This document shows positions 55,457 through 64,000 of a DNA stretch of 64,000 nt, piece by piece. The stretch lies in NCBI RefSeq assembly GCF_009914755.1, contig NC_060942.1, one strand, 5' to 3'. This DNA comes from the human T2T-CHM13v2.0 reference genome, Homo sapiens. The stretch's first letter is position 1, and each line of letters begins with the position of its first letter. Under the pieces are notes generated by a model, which searched no databases, was not told the DNA's origin, and saw only the letters and a program-made list of their open reading frames with translations. The translations under genes and the position numbers were made by a program.

Positions 55457-55995
55457 GTTAGCTATTTCTTTTTATTTGTATTTTTGCTGACATGTTTAAA
55501 TGCTTAGGCTAGGGAAAACTTGAAGAACTTTTTTAATGCTCATACACAAAGGCATACATGTTTTGGTGAATTTATGATCTTCACTTTCAGTATAACACCC
55601 AACTAGGACATGCAAAGGCAAGGACAGAAATTTTTCAGTTTTCAAAAAGTGAAACAGATCTTTCTTTTGTGCCCTACGGCAGCAGTGGCCACGTAAACAA
55701 TAGGGAAATAATACAACCATGAAGATAGCTCCTCTTTGCAAGGGACTTATTAAAACCTTGCACTTTTCCTTCCCTCCATAACACATGGTCTCTGGAGGGA
55801 GCGCAATGCGATCCAGCTGACAAAAACAAAAGCTGGCGTGAAGGTAATGCAGCCCTGCCGCTCTGCGACCTGCACAAACAGCTCCTGATGTACCATCTGT
55901 GGTGCAGAACAATAGTGCCTGTCACTTAGGGCCTTGGCAAGGATATTCTCACTCACTAACTTTTGGAAAGCACACTCACTCCCTTTCAGTGTCAG

Positions 55996-56146
55996 CACAG
56001 GCCCTGAGCCCGAGGGCCCACTAAACCCAGGGGCTGAGCCTGAGTGCCTGCTAAATACAGGAAATGAGCCCGAGGGCCCACTAAACACAGGGGCTGGGCG
56101 CGAGGGCCCCCTAAACGCAGGGGCTGGGCCCGAGGGCCCCCTAAAC
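55996..56146. repeat. GC-rich minisatellite, 30-bp unit, 5 copies
   Basis: Units start at 55996, 56026, 56056, 56086 and 56116; consensus CACAGGGGCTGAGCCCGAGGGCCCACTAAA. Confidence 0.95.
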
Positions 56147-56999
56147 AGCTCTTCCAGCCCCTCCCAGTGCCACTGTGAATAGTAAGGCATTTCTAAGGAG
56201 AGAGGTCTGAGTGCCTCCTGCCAGCACCCATCACAGGTATTGAGGAATGCAGCTGAAGAAATAAACCTATTAATAAGCCAGTGATTTTCCTGTACTGCCA
56301 TGCAAAGAAGCCTCAAATTTGAATCTATCCATGGTTATGAGTTTCCTGGAACAGGTCCAGTCTGGGTGTCTGTGTGGTCCTCCTAATATCATTTACATTC
56401 CACGACCTACCACAGCCTTGGCCAAAGTACACACTAAGTAAGCATTCAGGGAATGAATGAATGTACTCTTAACTTAGCAGCTGTCTATATTACTGGCTTC
56501 ATAATTTCCAACTGTGCAAGTGCACTAAGTATTAATTATTACTCTAGAATGAAATTCACCAAGCTACTGAACACAACTTTATTGCAAAATCTGGCTATGA
56601 AAACAAAGGTTGACATGACATCATAGAAAACCTCGTGGACTGGAACCTGGTGAGGAAGGCCAAGTCACAGCTCCAACTCTGCCATTACTCAGATGGATAA
56701 ATGTGGGCAAATTGGTCTTCAAACTGCTATTGATAATTTTATGTCTTCACCACAGTTTGATTAACAATCATGACACTTGTACTTGGCCAGTCATGGCAAG
56801 AAAGAATCAACGGGGACCATCTACTATCATTAGAACATTTTACAAGAGAAAAGGAGTTTTGAATTGATAAAAAGTTCCCTCCTTGTAGAATAATGTGCTT
56901 TTCGATTCATATTCTGACATAGTGACTTCTGAGCCTGGAAACATTGCATAATACAACCGGACCTCTGATGTGTCATCTGCAAAACAGGCTGGGTTAAAT

Positions 57000-57225
57000 C
57001 AGCAGCTCAGGACTTCGGGTGATTTTACCCCTCCACCCCTCCCCAGAGGACAGGAAGAAGTGTCTGGAGATAGTTTTCGTTGTCACAGCTAAGGAGGGGG
57101 AGGTGCTACAGACACCTCGTGAGGTGAGGCAAGGAACACTGACTGCTGCTTACCATCCTACCAGGCATGGGGCAGCATGCGAAACAACAAATTCCTGTTA
57201 ACTGTACCGAGATTGAGAAACCCTG
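57000..57225 (+). mobile_element. MER20
   Basis: GGGTGATTTTACCCC...TGTCTGGAGATAGTTTTCGTTGTCACAGCT...GATTGAGAAACCCTG. Confidence 0.82.
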
Positions 57226-59132
57226 GATGAGATTATTTTTAAACTCCCTAAAATTCAAAAAATGCTGAATCCAAATGTGTAACTACGAAAAAAAAGCCTT
57301 ACAAAGTTGCTAAATGTGGGACATCAGAAACCTCTTCATAAGCCATAGCTGGCCTACAGCTACTCTGGGCTGAAAGTTCTAGGATCTTGAAAGACAATTT
57401 GTTTGGAAATAAATGCAATGTAAAGCTTTCAAAGCAGTGCCTACTAACCTCACACTTTGCGCATCACGGTGATTAATGTGTAACTGTACCCTTCACAGCT
57501 TCCTTTCTTTGTTCTCTCGCCCTTTACTCCACAGTGATGGGCATTGTTTGTTTTGGACACAGATGCAAGCCAGTTCTGAAAAGACGGACAATTATATTCT
57601 CCTTGTCCTCATAGTAAAAGAATAAAGTGGCCCTAAAGATTACTAATGATCGACTGCAGTAAAATAGATGGGCATCACCGATTCACACAAAACACAAAGA
57701 CCACAGCAACTGCTGAAGTGGGGACGCTCCTTCGAGTTCTTGGTCTGTTAACCTTAACAGTTCCTCTTCTAAGCTGAATTGCATGTGTGAACCTGCCCAA
57801 AAACAGTCACATATCTTCTAGGAATAAAATCACAGCAACCTATAGTTTTAGAAGAGAAAGGGGAAAAAAAATCATTGTTCTAACCATTCTCAGAAATTGA
57901 GTGCATAAAATATAGACTTGGAAGTACTATGCTGGCATCTCCAATAATTAACCTTTATGATATCAAAGGCCAAGACTAAAGGCTATAATGATAGAGAATT
58001 AAAGGATATTCTTTGCCTTTGTATTTTCTTTGATACATGATCATAATTATAATAAAATGAACAGCTGAAAGGTCAGTGCTTAAATTTTCAATAGAACCCA
58101 AAGTCTTAGAAGCCTACACACAGAATCCCAAAATGTTAGGAATTTTGTAAGATTTCTTTCCTGAGTAAGCTTGTCACTAGTTGACACAAAATCACTCATC
58201 CTTTATTCACTGGGCATCTAACATGTGCCAGACAATTGCTAGGCTCTGGAAATAAATGGCAACAAGCCCTTACTCCACCCAACAAGTTTTCTGGAGAACA
58301 TAGAAAAGTAAAATTCCACACCTCAGAGTGCAATTGTGGACGACAACAGTACATCGTGGTAGGAAAGCGCACAGTATGTATAGTCCAGTCTCAAGGAGGC
58401 TTGGAGCCTCCTTAGAGGAGCAAAATTCACAAGAAAAGCAGACACAAATGTACAAAAGCCCACCAGAGAGAGAAGATACCATCCCCTCCAAACACACAAA
58501 AAGGAGGGTGTCCATGAGTTGCACAAACCATTAGACAAGGAGTAAAAAAGGCAGACTTAAACAATGGAAAACTGTGAAAAAAAATTCACAGAAACATGAA
58601 TGAAAGTGTTATAAAGTTTACATTGTTCTCAACCTGGCACCAGGATGTGCTCACAGTCTCAGGCTTGGCCAAATTTCCCACTCCCAACTCCCAGATTTAA
58701 TCAAGTCACAATTAAATGGCAGGATCAGCAGCAATAAGAAGCCAGTACGTTCATGCACAGTCCACATTCATGGTAAATAAGAAAAAACAATCTAATTAAA
58801 AGTAGAGTACATCCAGCTAATTATATAGCTGACCCCACCAGCAAGAGCTTATAAATTGTGGACCAAAAACTGCATCTGGTCAGCAGACAGATTCTGTTTC
58901 TCTTAGCAGTATCCTAAGATATTTAAACCAGTATTTTAAATACAGAGACTTCACATTTTTAAAACTGCAGATTTCCAACTTCAGTTTTGTTTATTTTTTA
59001 AATAATAGCCACCTCCTTTAGAACACATAAGATCCACAGTTTGCTGCAGTCTTCACCACTCTCTACTGCCTCCAAAGCACTAAGGGGATTTTCTCACTAT
59101 TTCTCACAGTAGACAAATACCTATGTCCAGTT

Positions 59133-59442
59133 TTCTTTTTTTCTTCTTCTTCTTTTTTTTTTTTTGAGACCGAGTCTCGCTCTGTCACCTAGGCTAGAGT
59201 GCAGTTGTGCAATCTCGGCTCACTGCAACCCCCACCTCCCGGGTTGAAGCGATTCTCCTGCCTCAGCCTCCTGAGTAGCTGGGATCATAGGCATGCCACA
59301 CCAGGCTAATTTTTGTATTTTTAGTAGAGATGGGGTTTCGCCATGTTACCCAGGCTGGTCTCGAACTCCTAAACTCAGGCAATCCACCCTCCTCGGCCTC
59401 CCAAAGTTCTGGGGTTACCGGGGTGAGCCACTGTGCCCAGCC
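59133..59442 (-). mobile_element. AluS
   Basis: Reverse dimer and T tail; TSD TG(T/C)CCAGT(T/C)TTC. Confidence 0.94.
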
Positions 59443-60309
59443 TTGCCCAGTCTTCAAAGGTAAGGAAAATGGAAGTGAGACCAAAAGAACTCTGAATTTT
59501 CTTCTGTCTGCCTACTTCCCTTATTACCTTCCTTTAGACATCCAAATTGTTGGCCCTGGATTTAGATCTTAACGCCATTTGTTACACAGCACCAAGTGAG
59601 TGTACCAGGTGTAACCAGATTAGAAAATCAAAGCCAGGAGTCAGATAGCTGCTCTTGTATGAATGGGCTTTAATTGGCATCAGCACTAACCTATATCCAT
59701 TAATACAGGCCTGGAATTGTGGCTATAATCTGGTCCTTGATTTTTACTTAGAAATAAATCATCATAACAATAATAAGGACCAAATACTATTTTTTATATG
59801 TTGTCACTCCAGGAAGTACTCACAAAAGAAGGAACGATGAAAATTAAGCAATGGCTCATAATTACAGAACCATTGACCCTTCAGGAACTTGGAAGGTCCC
59901 AATATCAGCATCAGTGTTGGGGCTCTATGCTGCAGGGGAAAATGAGATAAAAATGGTCCATTCGGCACATCCAATAATGCAGACCATCTGATCAGGACTG
60001 AAAAGCTACCACAGAGGCTCTTGATGGCACACTCTAAGACTGTATGTGTTTGGGTGCATGTGCCCATGTACAGACAGACTGGGAGTTCAAATTCAGGAGG
60101 GTTGTTAGGCCTAGGGCCTAAGCAGAATATCAAAACCCACCATCACCGAAAAGGGGAAAAGCCCACATTTGCTAAGCTCCAAAACCATCTGCCTAGCACA
60201 GTGCTGAGTGCCTGACACACACCACAACTACACCAAGTTGTCACCTTAAAAATAACCTATTTCCCCTAGGGCTCACACTGGGGAAATGATCCAAGCAAAG
60301 TTACCAGGT

Positions 60310-60940
60310 ACACTTCTCCCCAGTCTTCCCCATCTCCAAAATTCACTCCACTTCTCATGCTAGAGATCAGAGGAGTAATCCTGGATTCTTCCAATTCGCC
60401 TACCCTCTAACCCATCAGCAATTATATAAATTACACCTCCAAATTACTCAAGTCCCTCCACTTCTACCCACTTCCATGCCCCGCTCCCCGGCCCAAGGTC
60501 ACCTCCCTGACTCCCACCTGGATACCTGCAATGGCATCCTAACCAGTCTAAATAAGCTGCACAGTCCTTAACGAGGTCTTCCAGAGGCCTCCAGCCATCT
60601 CCCACCCAGGCCCTGCCCTCCTGTCTCAGGGCCGTCTCTCCTTCCTCCAGGGCACCAAGCTTTTCCCCACAAACCGCCTCAGGGGCTTCTCTCTGCCTGA
60701 ACTTCCTTTTGCTTCCATTCCCCATCTGGCTAGCAGATACTCATCCTCAGGCACCTTTTCTGGCCCACAAATCTGCATTACGCACTCACGTGGGTCTTCT
60801 TCAGGCTTACTTAAAGTCTGTACTTACATATGTTTGGCTGATTAGTTGCTATCTGTCCCTCACTGGACTACAAGCTCCATGAAGGCAAGCGTCATGTCGG
60901 CATAGTCACCCCCATACACACAGTGGACACCCAACAAAAA
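60310..60940 (+). mobile_element. L2 fragment
   Basis: AGGAGTAATCCTGGATTCTTCC, CTGCAATGGCATCCTAAC, CACTGGACTACAAGCTCCATGAAGGCA. Confidence 0.7.
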
Positions 60941-62467
60941 TGCCTCACCCCTAAGTTCCTTAATACACTCAAAAAAAAAATAAAGGACTGGAGCAATGCT
61001 GATTTAATCTAAAAAGCTCCTGTCATGATCATCTTAAAAGCTATCAGAATAGCTTACATACCAAAATACTGGGTGTAAAAGTGTTATACTCTCTATCTGT
61101 CCCTCTAGTTAAACACATTCTCTCTGGCTAGTTACAGTGAAAAGAAATGAGATGCATGCACTGCTGTTCATCTCCTGCGGTCCCCACCTGATACTTTTCA
61201 AACAATTTATTAATCAATTATTAATTGTGGCAGCGACCACACTTTTATCATTTCACATCCATCTTCAGGAGGGATACATAAGCATTGTCAGAGTTTGCCT
61301 CATTACTTCCAGCCTCATTAAGAGAATGTTTCCCATGTGAGCTGAGATCAACACAAAATGAAGAAGGTTCACCAGGTGACACTGAGCAGGGCCCCCATTA
61401 CGGCGACATCATCCCCAAAAGGGACACATAGGTCAAGGGAACAGACCTGTGACAACTCTGATGGGCTCAGAGTTAAGGTTTCACTTTTCCATTGCTACCG
61501 TGGAAAAAATCGTTTGTATTTGCATAATAAAATATGGATAAATTATCCTAAGGCACTATCCTTTAAAAAATTAATGCAAATGCTTAAACAAAAGATTATA
61601 TGTGTATAAGTGAACTGAAGAGCTTCATTTCCCCCAAGCATCTTCTAATTTCATCGTTCTGCTTTATTTTGCTTAAGTACAAGATGCCGATATTTATACT
61701 GCTTGCTGTTATTCACTGTAGTAAATAGTGCATTTTTTTAATGGACCTAAGTAGTTTTCTTCAATTGGAGGTATGTTCCTATAATAAACTATCCTCAAAA
61801 TATTTTTGCCAATGCTACAAGATGGAAATGTTTTGTAAAGTGTAAAATGCTATTCGAATGAAGGGAGGACATCTGTATTCCTCAAACAGAAAGCAAAACA
61901 TTTACCCACAGCTTGCACTGATGTGTTACCACTGAGATCACCTCTTTTTAGCCAAGTTCAACTTCATCTTCTCAGCGCCTATTTTTTATTAGCAACTGAC
62001 AAGACTAACCACGCTGTTCCCTCCCTTCCCTCCCTTACTTCTCCACTGGCTTCCCTGTGACTGAGACACCTGGTTTTCCTCCCCCTCAGACCACTTCTTA
62101 GTTTCTCTCACTGACTCCTTTCCTGGGCATGGACCATAGCCATGGAACTGTTCTTTTCTCTCAATGCTAGTTTAGTCACCCTAACACATGCTTTTTAGGA
62201 TCACCCCCATAGTCGCTGAGTATTTCCTAACTGGCTTTCCCCCGATCCAACATCAGAGTTTCTCTCTCCACTGAAAAGCCATTTCAGGGTTTTCAATTCA
62301 GTGGTTTTCTGTTGTTTAAGGATGAGCCAAATGATATGTTTAGTTTTTCACAACGCAAAATCATTTTGCTTTTACCAAAATATATTTCCTATAATATATT
62401 AATACATGATATAAGCATTACTAAAATAATATTTTAGTAGAGTAATTTGATAAATGCATTGTTTTAA

Positions 62468-62714
62468 CTTTTCTTTTCAGTTAGGGTACGTGTGCAGGTT
62501 GGTTACATAGGTAAACTTGTTTCCTGGGGGTTTGTTGTACAGATTATTTCATCACCCAGGTATTAAGCCTAGTATCCATTAGTTATTCTTCCTGATCCCC
62601 TCCCTCCTCCCATCCTTCGATAGGTCCCAGTGTATGTTGTTCCCCTTTATGTGTCCATGTGTGGTTATCATTTTGTTCCCACTTGTAAGTGAAAACGTGC
62701 AGTCTTTGGTTTTC
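62468..62714 (-). mobile_element. L1PA11-13-like 3'UTR fragment
   Basis: GTGCAGGTTGGTTACATAGGTAAAC...TGTACAGATTATTTCATCACCCAGGTATTAAGCCTAGTA. Confidence 0.88.
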
Positions 62715-63370
62715 TCAATCCAGTGTTGTATAAATGGAATTTATCCTTTCCACCCTGCCTCCAGCCCACCAAACCTACCTCTCCTGCTCACTCCCCCACT
62801 TCACCAGCAGCAGCATTCTTTCTTAATTATAATAATTAACTGAAAGAATGAACACTTATCTAATGGCGATTTTCAGACCCTCCTTCGGCTCTCTGGAGAA
62901 CAGAAAACTTAACCCACTTGAAGGAGTGATGGGCGGAGGAGGGATTGAAGCTTCTGCTTCCTTGGTCAGACTGGGTGCTGGTGCTTCCTACGCAGCCTCC
63001 TGGAAGTGGCTTTCAGGTTGGCCTTTTCTTCATAGGAAGAACTCGAGGGCTTTCCATCAGCAAATCTTCCTTCACAGTCAGCCTGATCTCCCTCACTGTT
63101 GCTTTTATCACCTCCTGCCTCTGCTCAGCAGTTGTCTGCTCACATACGGACTCGGTCCTACGAGTATTTGTTGAGCATGCACTTACCCACGTGCCAAGTC
63201 CCATGCCAAGCAAAGGAGGCTTATTACCACCAAAAAGGAGTAAGAAGTGTCGTTTAAGATATAAACCACACAGGTACTGTAATGAAGTTATACAGATGTT
63301 ACAGAGCACCTAAGATTCTTATGAGAACTTTAAAATATGCAAGCTTACTTCTCTTTAAAGTGAAAGTTAA

Positions 63371-63576
63371 ATGAGTTTCCGTCTCTACAAAAAAAAAAAA
63401 ATTAGAAAATTAGCCAGGCATGGTGGTGCACAGCTACCCTCCCAGTCAATAGGCTGAGGCGGGATCCTTTGAGCCCAGGAGGTTAAGGCTGCAGTGAGCC
63501 ATGATGGTACCACTGCACTTCAGCCTGGGTGACAGAGTGAGACCCTATCTCTAAAAAATAAAAATAAAATGTTTAA
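63371..63576 (+). mobile_element. 5'-truncated AluJ (linker and right arm)
   Basis: Perfect TSD AAAGTGAAAGTTAA at 63357-63370 and 63577-63590. Confidence 0.9.
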
Positions 63577-64000
63577 AAAGTGAAAGTTAACACAGTTCCT
63601 TCACTTTCATTACCTCTGTCTTCACCAGATCACCTTCCCACCAATACCCTTTCTTTGGAAACTGAGTGAGAGCACACTGCAGAGGTTAACCAAGCTGAAC
63701 ATTTCTTGTGACCCCAATATTGTACAGCAAAGTGCTAAGTGATTCTGCAGTCAAGGGTTACATGCAATACATCCTCAATGTTGCCTCACATCTAAGAGCA
63801 TAATTAATAGCAGTTTTATGTTCATCTTCCTTCCTACTCAACCATTACACACCAAGTCAGTGTAGTCGAATCCAATCCCCTTGGATACTCCAAGAAAAAA
63901 ACCTCTCCTCTTTCAACCGTTTCTCCTAATTCTGTAGTAATATAAGGAATGCATTCCAAGTTTTTAATATTACCAAGGACCAAAAACAACTCTACTGTAC

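Noticed and set aside
55996-56146. CRISPR-like regular 30-bp repeats
   Set aside because: The units are contiguous with no unique spacers, there are no cas genes, and the DNA is primate; it is a minisatellite.
62848-63313. Three overlapping ORFs of about 100-120 aa
   Set aside because: No domain similarity; they partly overlap an L2-like tail and are consistent with chance.

Overview
This is repeat-dense primate (human-like) genomic DNA, not prokaryotic sequence. I count about 22 Alu/FLAM copies (17 on +, 5 on -). There is one full-length but inactivated L1PA7-like element (about 27778-34240, - strand) and several older L1 relics (L1MB, L1MA2, L1PB, L1PA13-like, L1ME). There are also L2 and MIR fragments, DNA-transposon fossils (Tigger3, Charlie2, MER58A, MER94, MER20, MER20B, MER5) and two LTR relics (LTR40, MLT1). 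No host protein-coding exon, RNA gene or CRISPR array could be recognised. Every ORF in the track with a recognisable protein sequence derives from L1 or Alu; the rest come from low-complexity DNA or look like chance ORFs. Repeat orientation and several minus-strand splice-site pairs suggest a long intron of an unidentified minus-strand gene (inference). I found no new multi-gene system. The most noteworthy items are: an NRF1+ETS CpG-rich promoter-like element near 13.36 kb; an open ORF0-like frame in the L1PA7 5'UTR; a 5x30-bp minisatellite inside a frame-preserving candidate exon near 56 kb; a perfect 24-bp palindrome next to an AP-1 site near 53.1 kb; and a clean 112-nt candidate exon at 18718-18829. 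Repeat subfamily names come from remembered consensus sequences, not from a database search, and repeat boundaries are approximate.
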